Source: an uncultured Alphaproteobacteria bacterium (GTDB lineage: Bacteria > Pseudomonadota > Alphaproteobacteria > HIMB59 > GCA-002718135). Taken from it: DNA of 64,000 nucleotides. Below are positions 37,719 to 46,410 of this stretch, one piece after another. The translations under genes and the position numbers were made by a program. The stretch is taken from contig CABXWB010000005.1 of NCBI GenBank assembly GCA_902515745.1, forward strand, positions 21,303-85,302, in the 5' to 3' direction. Below the pieces are notes generated by a model. It was not told where the DNA came from, ran no database searches, and saw only the letters and a list, made by a program, of their open reading frames with translations. Numbering within the stretch: the first letter of the stretch is position 1; each line of letters begins with the position of its first letter.

Positions 37719-38972
37719 CTATAAAAGATCCTCTATTTCTTCCATCATCTCTTCTTGAAGATCAGCCATATTATCTGCACTGCCTGTAGCAATTTCTTCA
37801 GTGTAATCATATATTACCTGAGTTATTGCTAGACCGTTTTCACCAGGATATGCAAACCAATCAGCCAATAAAGGTAATTGATTTACAGCAGTTAGCTTGT
37901 TTGGATTTTTAGTATAAAAATCACCTAACAAATCATTGGCTGCTTTATTTGGTGGAACATATCCAGTAGTTTCAGCAACTAAAGCTGCACCTATACCAGA
38001 AGTGATAAACTTTAAGAAAGTCCATGCAGCATCTACTCTTGCTGGATCATCAGATGTAGAAACCAACATCGCAGCATTTCCACCCGCTGGAAGTCTTGCT
38101 GGAGTTCCTCCATTTACACCTGGCATTCCTGGAAATGGTGCTGTTTTAAGTTCAAAATCTGCTTTGGCTGCGTTCACTGAACCTAAGCTTGATGTTGACC
38201 AGAAAAACATACCAATAGTGCCTGCATTAAATGCAGCTTGACCGTCAGCAATTGAATAGTTTGGCATATTACAACCACTCATTATGTCATGCATTTGTTG
38301 TAAAGTTGCTAAACCAGCGTCTCCACCCATATTAACAGCACCATCTTTTACCATTGGAACATTTTGGGTATGCATTAATGCTTGGTGAAACCAGTTACCT
38401 GTAATATTCCAACCAAAATATAAAGTTCCTTTTCCAGCTGCTTCTAATTTATTACAAGCTGCGATAACTTCATCCCAGTTAGTTGGGATGCTATCTATAC
38501 CTGCTTCAGCTAATAGATCCATGTTATAGTATCCAACTGGTGTTGATACAGAAAAAGGCAACCCATATACGTCACCACCAAAGGTAGATAGACTTAACAT
38601 AGCAGAGTGATAACCATCTTTTTCAAAGTCAGCTTCTCCTGCAATAAAAGGCTCTAATGATTTTGCAATCCCTTTATCAACAAGTGGTGCTTGTCTGTTA
38701 AGACCTTGCATTGTTACATCTGGTAAATTACCTGAAGTAGACTCCCTGAAGATTGTTGCGGTTGCATCCTCATAGTTTTCATAAGTTGCTCTAAATTTAA
38801 CTTGAATATCTGGATGTGCTTTTTCAAACTCTGGCATAATAGCTTGAAACGTAACATCGAATAATCCTGAATAAGGATAAGCTACTTCTATTTCAATAGA
38901 CTTAGCTGAATTAACAGAACCATAAAAACCAAAAGCTAATACGGCTGCCAATCCTGTAATTAATTTTTTCAT
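37719..38972 (-). CDS. ABC transporter periplasmic substrate-binding protein, family 1 (UgpB/sugar-type fold); candidate organophosphonate/organophosphate binder
   Basis: 417 aa with a signal peptide (MKKLITGLAAVLAFGFYGSVNSA). It is flanked by phnY/phnA and by cognate UgpAEC-like genes. Confidence 0.8.
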   Translation of the reverse strand: MKKLITGLAAVLAFGFYGSVNSAKSIEIEVAYPYSGLFDVTFQAIMPEFEKAHPDIQVKFRATYENYEDATATIFRESTSGNLPDVTMQGLNRQAPLVDKGIAKSLEPFIAGEADFEKDGYHSAMLSLSTFGGDVYGLPFSVSTPVGYYNMDLLAEAGIDSIPTNWDEVIAACNKLEAAGKGTLYFGWNITGNWFHQALMHTQNVPMVKDGAVNMGGDAGLATLQQMHDIMSGCNMPNYSIADGQAAFNAGTIGMFFWSTSSLGSVNAAKADFELKTAPFPGMPGVNGGTPARLPAGGNAAMLVSTSDDPARVDAAWTFLKFITSGIGAALVAETTGYVPPNKAANDLLGDFYTKNPNKLTAVNQLPLLADWFAYPGENGLAITQVIYDYTEEIATGSADNMADLQEEMMEEIEDLL

Positions 38973-39024
38973 TTAATCCTCCCGATTGAATATAATAGTT
39001 TAATCTATCATGTAGCCCTAGAGG

Positions 39025-39042
39025 GTTACAATTTTATTACGA
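39025..39042 (-). promoter_or_regulatory. Candidate Pho-box-like direct repeat TCGTAAT-aaaa-TTGTAAC
   Basis: Read on the minus strand, it lies about 50 nt upstream of the SBP start. It has the same 7+4+7 geometry and the same TTGTAAC heptamer as 28816-28822. Confidence 0.3.
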
Positions 39043-39109
39043 AAATATAACTAAAAAATATGCTTATTTTTCCACAGCATTAATGAAAATTAGAGAAAAA
39101 CTGATTTAT

Positions 39110-40552
39110 TTACCAAGGTAGCGAAAAGGTTTTTACATTAGTAAAACTTTTCATTGCTTCAATAACACCCTCTTTGTAACCAAGACCTGAATCTTTTATT
39201 CCTCCAAAAGGAGACATTTCAATTCTATAGCCTGGAACCTCCCAAATATTTACCGTACCAACATTTAAACCTTGAATATATTTTTTTGCTCGCATGAAGT
39301 TATTTGTACATACACCAGATGATAATCCGAATGCAGTTGAATTAGATATTTTCATTACAGCTTCATCGTCATTAGGCACACGAATGATTGGGATAACTGG
39401 ACCAAATGTTTCTTCTAAAACCAATTCACTTTTAGGATCAACATTATCTACAACTATTGGAGGTAACAAAGCACCCTTTCTTCCAGGATGATATAAAATT
39501 TTTGCACCGTCTTCTTCAGCCATAGAAACTCTTTTATCAAAAAGTTCTGCAGCTTGAGCATTAACAACAGTACCTAAGTCTGTTTCCATATTCATAGGAT
39601 CGCCAAATTTAATTTTCTTAGCACGCTCTAGAGCCATTTCAACAAATTGATCTGCGATAGATTCTTGTACTAATATTCTTTTAACAGCTGTACAACGTTG
39701 ACCAGAGTTTTTCGTTGCTCCAGTAACAGCTAGCTCAACAGCTTTTTTAAGATCATCACCATCTAAGTCATTTAAAACAATTAATGGATCATTACCACCA
39801 AGCTCAAGAACTGTTCTTTTATATCCAGCTTGTTCAGCAATTAATTTTCCTACACCTACACTGCCTGTAAAAGTAATTAGATCAATATTTGGATTCTTGA
39901 TCATTTCTGATCCGATATCTTGAGGCCAGCCTGTAACAACTGAAAACATTTCTGGTGGTAAACCAGCTTCATATAAAACATCAGCAAGAACCATTGCGGT
40001 TAAGGGAGTTAACTCTGTCTGCTTACAAACAGTACAATTGTTTGTTGCAATTGAAGGCGCAATTTTATGCGCTACCATATTCAAAGGATGATTAAATGGA
40101 GTGATTGCTGAAATAGCTGTTAATGGTTCTCTTATAGTAAATATTTTTCTGGCTTTTCCATGTGGAGTTAAATCACAAGAAAATATTTCTCCATCATCTA
40201 GAATACAAAGTTGAGCCGTTAATGAAAATACATCGAAAGCTCTTCCTACTTCGTATAAAGAATCTTGTTTTGAGATTCCAAGTTCTAAAGTAATAATATC
40301 AGAAATTTCTTCTTTTCTTTTAACAAGTACTTCTGCAGCAGTTTGAAGAATTTTTTGTCTCTCATATCTTGTAAGTTTAGGTTGGTAATTTGCAGCAATA
40401 TCTAGAGCCTTTCTTGCATGCTCAGCAGTACCGGCAGGGACCGTGCCGATTACTTCACCTGTAAAAGGGTACTCAACATTTATTGTTTTGTCTGAAGTAA
40501 CTTTTTCTCCAGCAATACGCATTGCTTCATTAATCATTTTTTTGTGCATCAT
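39110..40552 (-). CDS. phnY: Aldehyde dehydrogenase, probable phosphonoacetaldehyde dehydrogenase PhnY
   Basis: 480 aa. It has ALDH motifs (ELGGNDP, catalytic Cys in GQRCTAV). It overlaps phnA by 4 nt, the arrangement of the PhnW-PhnY-PhnA pathway. Confidence 0.75.
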   Translation of the reverse strand: MMHKKMINEAMRIAGEKVTSDKTINVEYPFTGEVIGTVPAGTAEHARKALDIAANYQPKLTRYERQKILQTAAEVLVKRKEEISDIITLELGISKQDSLYEVGRAFDVFSLTAQLCILDDGEIFSCDLTPHGKARKIFTIREPLTAISAITPFNHPLNMVAHKIAPSIATNNCTVCKQTELTPLTAMVLADVLYEAGLPPEMFSVVTGWPQDIGSEMIKNPNIDLITFTGSVGVGKLIAEQAGYKRTVLELGGNDPLIVLNDLDGDDLKKAVELAVTGATKNSGQRCTAVKRILVQESIADQFVEMALERAKKIKFGDPMNMETDLGTVVNAQAAELFDKRVSMAEEDGAKILYHPGRKGALLPPIVVDNVDPKSELVLEETFGPVIPIIRVPNDDEAVMKISNSTAFGLSSGVCTNNFMRAKKYIQGLNVGTVNIWEVPGYRIEMSPFGGIKDSGLGYKEGVIEAMKSFTNVKTFSLPW

Positions 40553-41790
40553 AGGGCTCCATTTATTGCATAATAAAATGCATCATAGTTATATAATTGT
40601 TTGCTAGTATCTATGTTTTGTAATTTTAAATTAGATATGAATGGCACTTCTCTTTCATGAAGTCCACCGTGTGAACGCAAAGGTTCATTTAATCCAGAAA
40701 GATTGTGTTTATCTTTCGATGAACCAATGGTCATAAATTCTGAAGACATACATATTATGTCTCCCATTCTATCAGGGGGTAAGTTATAAGTAGAGCATCC
40801 TTCGTCTTTTGTTAAAACAACTTCTATATCTTTTATTTCTTTGATAGCATTTACAACTGAATCTACCTTACTTTTGTCTTCTAAATAAATTGTTGCAAAA
40901 GAACCAAGTGAACCATGATGCACGACATATGGATCTGTAATTGGTAGAATAACTTTAGCCATGTTTGGTTCAAATTTATTATCTAAATAATCTTGTAAAA
41001 ATATTGCATTAGGTGAACCGTCTTCTTTTGATTTTGGTTTCATACCGTGATCTGCTGTAATGATTATAGAAACATTCTCCTTATTTAAAAGACCAATATA
41101 TTTATCAAACATTGCATAAAATTTATTTGCTGTTTCATTTCCTGGTGCATATTTGTGTTGAATATAATCCGTAGTCGATAAATACATGATATTTGGTTTG
41201 AACTCTTCAAGAAGCTTTACACCTGCGGCCATTACAAATTCAGAAAGTCCTTCAGAGTATACTTCTGGCACTGGCATTCCCAACCAATCGTTTACATTAT
41301 CTATACCATTGAGATCTTTTGTTGCTTGATCAGATTTTTCAGCAGAAAAACAAATAGCTCTCTCATCATTAAAACTTAATCCGTTTCCTAAAAGTGTTCT
41401 CAGCTTATCTTTTGCAGTAACAAGAGCAATTTTAGAACCAGAATTGTAAAATTTTTCAAAAATAGTTGGTGCTCGCATATATTTTGGGTCATTCATCATT
41501 ACTTCTTCACCAGTCTCAGGTGTATAAAAGAAGTTTCCGCATATACCGTGAACAGAACTTGGCTGCCCAGTTACAATGGAAATATTATTAGGATTTGTAA
41601 AACTTGGAATAGCGCTGTGGACAAGTAGGTTTTCACCGTTTGCAATTAATTTATCAAGATTTGGTGTAAGATCTGATTTTGATGCTTCGTCGAGATACTC
41701 TTTTTGACTACCATCAAGGCATATAACAATAGCAGTTTTTGAGAAAGAGGTTGGATATTCTCTTTTATTAATTTCTAAATTATCGGACAC
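40549..41790 (-). CDS. phnA: Phosphonoacetate hydrolase PhnA (alkaline-phosphatase superfamily)
   Basis: 413 aa. The sequence [14 protein letters not shown]...[28 protein letters not shown] matches the PhnA signature as I recall it. Confidence 0.8.
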   Translation of the reverse strand: MSDNLEINKREYPTSFSKTAIVICLDGSQKEYLDEASKSDLTPNLDKLIANGENLLVHSAIPSFTNPNNISIVTGQPSSVHGICGNFFYTPETGEEVMMNDPKYMRAPTIFEKFYNSGSKIALVTAKDKLRTLLGNGLSFNDERAICFSAEKSDQATKDLNGIDNVNDWLGMPVPEVYSEGLSEFVMAAGVKLLEEFKPNIMYLSTTDYIQHKYAPGNETANKFYAMFDKYIGLLNKENVSIIITADHGMKPKSKEDGSPNAIFLQDYLDNKFEPNMAKVILPITDPYVVHHGSLGSFATIYLEDKSKVDSVVNAIKEIKDIEVVLTKDEGCSTYNLPPDRMGDIICMSSEFMTIGSSKDKHNLSGLNEPLRSHGGLHEREVPFISNLKLQNIDTSKQLYNYDAFYYAINGAL

Positions 41791-41867
41791 GATTTAAACT
41801 AATATATATCATTAAAAATACGAATTTATAGTTATCTACTTGTTAAACTCAATCATAATTTGAATAT

Positions 41868-41900
41868 TTGTTAATAAAATTGAAATAAAACTGAAATAAT
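41868..41900 (+). promoter_or_regulatory. Three tandem 11-bp Pho-box-like units TTGTTAA-taaa-ATTGAAA-taaa-ACTGAAA-taat, just upstream of a TATAAT at 41907-41912
   Basis: Direct repeats with helical periodicity replace a -35 element in the 180-bp divergent spacer between phnA and the ABC ATPase gene. Confidence 0.35.
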
Positions 41901-41970
41901 TGGATTTATAATATTCTCAAATTTAATAAAATTTTGTAGATTAAATATAATTATAAGGGGAGGAGATTAA

Positions 41971-43110
41971 GTGGGCACAATATCACTTAAAAATATTTCA
42001 AAGTCATTTGGGTCTACGCAAGTATTAAACAATTTAAATGTTGATATACAAGAGGGTGAATTTTTAACATTAGTTGGTCCATCTGGTTGTGGTAAATCCA
42101 CCTTACTCCGAATCATTGCAGGATTAGAACAACAAACTTCAGGCGATGTATTAATTGATAATAAGAATGTAAATAAAATTAGAGCCAGCGAGCGAGATCT
42201 TGCAATGGTATTTCAATCATACGCTTTATATCCACATTTAACTGTAAGAAAAAATTTAGAAACACCTCTAAGACTGAGAGATTATAATGCTTTTGAACGC
42301 CTTCCTTTAATAGGGAATTTTTCTCCAAACAAAAAAAATAAAACTGAGTCTATCAATCAATTAGTTAATAAAACATCTGAAACACTTCAGATTTCTGAAC
42401 TACTGGATAGAAAACCAGGACAATTATCAGGGGGCCAAAGACAAAGAGTAGCTCTTGGTCGCGCAATGGTAAGAGAACCTGTTGCATTCTTAATGGATGA
42501 ACCACTGTCAAATTTAGATGCCGCTCTAAGAGTGCATATGCGATCTGAATTATCGGAACTTCACAATTCACTTAAAACAACATTTGTTTATGTAACGCAT
42601 GATCAAGCAGAAGCATTAACAATGTCTTCTCGTATGGCGGTAATGATTGATGGCAATCTATTACAACTTGATACACCACAAGAAGTATATGATAATCCTT
42701 CATCATTAAGTGTTGCACAATTTGTTGGCAGTCCTAAAATAAATATTTTTAATGGATCTTCAGATTCTAGTGGAACTGTTAATTTTTTAAATGTTAACCT
42801 AAAAAGAAAAAGTTCTGAAAGTAATTCAGATTTACACATAGGAATTCGACCAGAACATTTAGAAATTACTAATAATAAAGATGAAAACACATTTAGTGGC
42901 ACTGTTGCTTACAGAGAAAATTTAGGATCAGATATATACTTCCATGTTAATATAGAAGACAACTCAAAAAAAATAATTGTAAGAGGCTTACCTCAATTTA
43001 CACATCAAATTACAAATGGTTCAAGTGTAAATATCAAGAGAGATTCAAATAAAGCATTGTTATTTAATCAAACAGGGATGAGGATTCATTTTAATAATGC
43101 AATGGGATAA
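41971..43110 (+). CDS. ABC transporter ATP-binding protein, MalK/UgpC type (GTG start)
   Basis: 379 aa. It has Walker A GPSGCGKST, the LSGGQRQRVALGRA signature, Walker B FLMDEPLSNLD and a C-terminal regulatory domain. The SD sequence is GGGGAGGAG. Confidence 0.9.
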   Translation: MGTISLKNISKSFGSTQVLNNLNVDIQEGEFLTLVGPSGCGKSTLLRIIAGLEQQTSGDVLIDNKNVNKIRASERDLAMVFQSYALYPHLTVRKNLETPLRLRDYNAFERLPLIGNFSPNKKNKTESINQLVNKTSETLQISELLDRKPGQLSGGQRQRVALGRAMVREPVAFLMDEPLSNLDAALRVHMRSELSELHNSLKTTFVYVTHDQAEALTMSSRMAVMIDGNLLQLDTPQEVYDNPSSLSVAQFVGSPKINIFNGSSDSSGTVNFLNVNLKRKSSESNSDLHIGIRPEHLEITNNKDENTFSGTVAYRENLGSDIYFHVNIEDNSKKIIVRGLPQFTHQITNGSSVNIKRDSNKALLFNQTGMRIHFNNAMG

Positions 43111-43125
43111 GGATAATATTTACTA

Positions 43126-44082
43126 ATGCATAATTCAAAGGCTCATCTATGGTTTATTGCCCCTGCAATAATACTCATGATAATTATTTTAATCTTTCCT
43201 CTTTTTCTTGCAGGTGGGATTTCCTTTACTGACTATAATTTAGGCAACAAAACATTTGAATGGATTGGGTTAGAGAACTATGACAAAATGTTTAACCGAA
43301 AAACTTATGTGAAGATGATTTGGGCAACAGCAACGTATGTAATTGTTGTGGTGCCTATTTCAGTTATACTTGGTTTATGTGCAGCAATGCTCTTAAATTC
43401 TCTACGATTTGGTGCTGACATATATAAAACTATTTTCTTTCTTCCAGTTATGGCGACGCTTCTGGCAATGGCTATTGCGTGGGAATTCACTCTTCACCCA
43501 ACTCTTGGAATAGTAAATAGTTTTTTAGCTAATGGTTGTGGTGGAGCAAGAGAATTTATTTTTGGTTTTCATTGGTTACCATGGGTAAACTCAGAACAAA
43601 GCTGGTATGCAGTGGCATGTGCTAATAACATGGACTTTCCTTATTGGTTAAAACAAAAAAATACTGCAATTTGGACTGTGTGTTTTATTGGAATATGGCA
43701 AGCCTTTGGTTTCAATATGGTTTTATATTTAGCCGGATTAACAGGTATACCAAGAGAACTATATCAAGCTGCCGAAATGGATGGAGCTAAATCAACATGG
43801 GAACAATTTAAACTTGTGACATGGCCAATGCTTGGTCCAACAACTTTATTTGTTGTAACCATAACGACTATTAGAACCTTTCAAGTTTTTGATACAATTG
43901 AAATACTCACAAAAGGTGGTCCATCTAAAACAACCTATGTTATGATGTATGCAATTTTTGAAAAAGCTATTCAACAAAATTTAACAAGTATTGGTGCAGC
44001 TATCACAGTTGTCTTCATTGGCTTTATATTGATATTAACTTTCTTCCAAAGATATATCATTGAGAAAAGGGTTCATTATTAA
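43126..44082 (+). CDS. ABC transporter permease (UgpA/MalF-like)
   Basis: 318 aa. It has the EAA loop ELYQAAEMDGAKSTWEQFKLVTWPML. Confidence 0.88.
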   Translation: MHNSKAHLWFIAPAIILMIIILIFPLFLAGGISFTDYNLGNKTFEWIGLENYDKMFNRKTYVKMIWATATYVIVVVPISVILGLCAAMLLNSLRFGADIYKTIFFLPVMATLLAMAIAWEFTLHPTLGIVNSFLANGCGGAREFIFGFHWLPWVNSEQSWYAVACANNMDFPYWLKQKNTAIWTVCFIGIWQAFGFNMVLYLAGLTGIPRELYQAAEMDGAKSTWEQFKLVTWPMLGPTTLFVVTITTIRTFQVFDTIEILTKGGPSKTTYVMMYAIFEKAIQQNLTSIGAAITVVFIGFILILTFFQRYIIEKRVHY

Positions 44083-44975
44083 TGGAAGCTAAACAGTATA
44101 TTGGGGAAGGTTGGAAACATGCAATATTGATTATTGGTGCAATTGTTGTGTTGTTGCCTTTTTATATGATGGTTTCAATGTCATTAAAATCTCAACAAGA
44201 AATTCAATCTATTTCTGGAGGCCTAATTGGTGCTCAAGAAACTCAGACATTTCCCGTATGTGTAAAAACTGGATACTCAGAAGAAGAATGCACAATGAAA
44301 CCATATAAATACAACTATTGGTTTGCTTTCGAAAAGGCTCCCATTCCAAGATACTTGATGAATGGTGTTATTGTAACTTTATCAATTTTTATCATTCAAG
44401 TTCTTGTCGCTTTACCGTGTGCCTACGCTCTGGCCAAACTTAGATTTTATGGACGAGAGTTTGTTTTCTCCATGGTGTTATTTTGTTTACTCATCCCAGT
44501 GCATGGAATTGCACTTCCACTTTACGTCATGCTTGCCCAGGCAGGTTTGGTCGATACCTATTCTGCCTTAATACTCCCCTGGACAATATCGGTGTTTGGA
44601 ATTTTTCTAATGCGGCAATTTTTTATGACAGTCCCAGATGAATTAATTGACGCCGCCAGGATGGATGGAATGGGAGAGTATGCTATAGTCTGGAAAGTAA
44701 TGCTTCCAACTGCGATACCAGCATTACTTGCCTTTGCTATTTTCTCAGTAGTTGCACACTGGAATGATTATTTCTGGCCTCGAATGGTAATTACTGGAAA
44801 TAGAGATCTCTTTACGCCACCTCTTGGTATCAGAGAATTTAGAGGTGGAATTGATAGTGATGAGTTTGGTCCAATGATGGCTTCAATTGTTACAGTAACA
44901 GTACCTCTCATTGTTGCTTTTATAATTGCGCAAAAAAGATTTATTGAAGGAATTACTTTAACAGGAATGAAGTAA
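44082..44975 (+). CDS. ABC transporter permease (UgpE/MalG-like)
   Basis: 297 aa. It has the EAA loop ELIDAARMDGMGEYAIVWKVMLP. Confidence 0.88.
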   Translation: MEAKQYIGEGWKHAILIIGAIVVLLPFYMMVSMSLKSQQEIQSISGGLIGAQETQTFPVCVKTGYSEEECTMKPYKYNYWFAFEKAPIPRYLMNGVIVTLSIFIIQVLVALPCAYALAKLRFYGREFVFSMVLFCLLIPVHGIALPLYVMLAQAGLVDTYSALILPWTISVFGIFLMRQFFMTVPDELIDAARMDGMGEYAIVWKVMLPTAIPALLAFAIFSVVAHWNDYFWPRMVITGNRDLFTPPLGIREFRGGIDSDEFGPMMASIVTVTVPLIVAFIIAQKRFIEGITLTGMK

Positions 44976-44984
44976 GATAGTCTT

Positions 44985-45827
44985 TTGTCTATCAATTTTA
45001 TTTTTCTTTTAATTATTTTATCTTCACTGTGTCACGCAATTTGGAGTGCCATAATTAAATCAAGTAAAAATCCCTTATCACTAATGGGAATTACTTCTAT
45101 CTTAGAAGTAGTCATTTTTTTTCCTTTAACATTCACTGTTCCTTTTCCCTCAATAGAAGTTTGGTATTTTCTCATAGCAACCGTTATCATTCATGTTTTT
45201 TATAGATTGAATGTAATTTATTCTTATAGGTACGGTGACCTGTCCTACATTTATCCAATCTCTAGGGGAAGTTCATGTCTATTTGTTGCTATCATTAGTA
45301 TTTTGTTTTTAAGTTCAGATATTAGTGTTGCTGGCTTTATTGGAATATTAATTGTTTGTATTGGTTTATTTTTAATATCGTATTCGAAAAATTTATCTTT
45401 TAACTTTAGAGGTTTTGCTCTTGCGATTTCAACTGCTATTTTAATTACTGCATATACTTTAGTTGACGGAGTCGGAGTTAGGCTTTCGGAAAACGGTTTT
45501 TCGTATATTTATTGGCTCTTCACTCTAAATGGTATTCCTTTATTAGTTATAGGTTTAATTTCTAAGAATGGATTGCGAAAAACAGAAACGTATAATTTTA
45601 GTTCTGGCATAGCAGCAGGTATATTTGCAACAAGTAGTTATGCAATTGTTGTTTGGAGTATGCAATTTATAGAAATAGCTTATGTCTCTAGTATTAGAGA
45701 AATAAGCATTGTATTTGCTTCCATTATTGGCATGGTTTTCTTATTTGAGAGAAATGCGAAATCGAGAATTATTCCCTCTATTTTAATAGTAAGTGGTATT
45801 TCAGCGGTTTATTTTCAAATTCTATAG
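44985..45827 (+). CDS. EamA/DMT-family membrane transporter (TTG start)
   Basis: 280 aa with about 10 TM segments and a duplicated EamA-like architecture. Confidence 0.7.
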   Translation: MSINFIFLLIILSSLCHAIWSAIIKSSKNPLSLMGITSILEVVIFFPLTFTVPFPSIEVWYFLIATVIIHVFYRLNVIYSYRYGDLSYIYPISRGSSCLFVAIISILFLSSDISVAGFIGILIVCIGLFLISYSKNLSFNFRGFALAISTAILITAYTLVDGVGVRLSENGFSYIYWLFTLNGIPLLVIGLISKNGLRKTETYNFSSGIAAGIFATSSYAIVVWSMQFIEIAYVSSIREISIVFASIIGMVFLFERNAKSRIIPSILIVSGISAVYFQIL

Positions 45828-45871
45828 TTAAAAAATATAGACATTTTTAGTTAAAATTTTATATGAGTTTT

Positions 45872-46033
45872 ATGGCAGATGATATTGTTGAAGTTGATCC
45901 TAAAACTGAAACTATCTCTTGCGATGGTGGAGAAGATGGTTTAGGACATCCCGCAGTTTATTATACCTTCAATAATGAGAACAAAATTGTCTGTGGTTAT
46001 TGTGGTAAAATATTTATAAGAAAAGAAAATTAA
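45872..46033 (+). CDS. Small zinc-finger protein (53 aa; not in the supplied ORF track)
   Basis: Translation is MADDIVEVDPKTETISCDGGEDGLGHPAVYYTFNNENKIVCGYCGKIFIRKEN, the NDUFS6-like zinc-ribbon pattern common in alphaproteobacteria. An in-frame alternative ATG lies at 45863. Confidence 0.7.
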   Translation: MADDIVEVDPKTETISCDGGEDGLGHPAVYYTFNNENKIVCGYCGKIFIRKEN

Positions 46034-46034
46034 A

Positions 46035-46388
46035 ATGTATAAAGAATCCTGGGGTAGTAAAAGAATCTGTCCAATGTGTAGTAAGCAATACTATGATTTG
46101 GGAAGAACTGAACTTGAATGTCCAGAATGTGGTAAATTAATTGAAGTTACGACATTAACCAGACCAAGACGTGGAAGAAAACCAGGAAGTACAAACGCAG
46201 CTCCTTTAACAAACCCTATTCCTCCAAAACCAAAAGAAAAAGATGATGATCTTGACATCGATAATTTGGATGTAGATGACAATGAAGACAATCTCGAAGA
46301 TGATACTGTTTTATTAGAAGACGAAACAGAAATTGATCCAATAGCTGAAGGTATTAAGCCTAAAGACGACGGCGAAGAAGAATACTAA
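46035..46388 (+). CDS. FYDLN_acid-family protein (zinc ribbon plus acidic tail)
   Basis: 117 aa. It has CPMCSKQYYDLG...CPECG followed by a Pro/Lys stretch and an Asp/Glu-rich C-terminus. Confidence 0.75.
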   Translation: MYKESWGSKRICPMCSKQYYDLGRTELECPECGKLIEVTTLTRPRRGRKPGSTNAAPLTNPIPPKPKEKDDDLDIDNLDVDDNEDNLEDDTVLLEDETEIDPIAEGIKPKDDGEEEY

Positions 46389-46410
46389 AAATTCAATAAA
46401 AATTCAGAAG

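Noticed and set aside
37936-38241. A 101-aa plus-strand ORF lies inside the SBP gene. Similar nested ORFs occur at 1814-1996, 4676-4861, 5365-5577, 6545-6808, 8367-8615, 13852-14034, 15165-15368, 15831-16025, 16446-16646, 21701-22003, 24686-24952, 25404-25867, 28897-29091, 30901-31101, 31526-31768, 32040-32631, 32951-33284, 36009-36301, 36684-37355, 39294-39491, 42365-42902, 43305-43490, 44111-44308, 44768-44995, 46091-46291, 50448-50960, 53429-53614, 55997-56212, 56913-57539 and 59250-59462.
   Set aside because: Each is nested in, or antisense to, a gene with clear family motifs. None has its own recognisable domain, start context or spacer.
39012-39029. The hairpin GTAGCCCT-AG-AGGGTTAC might be the phnA-phnY terminator.
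   Set aside because: The stem is imperfect and the loop minimal, and no U-tract follows on the transcribed strand. It also overlaps the candidate Pho-like repeat. A weaker ATGCT...AGCAT+T6 hairpin nearby is equally unconvincing.
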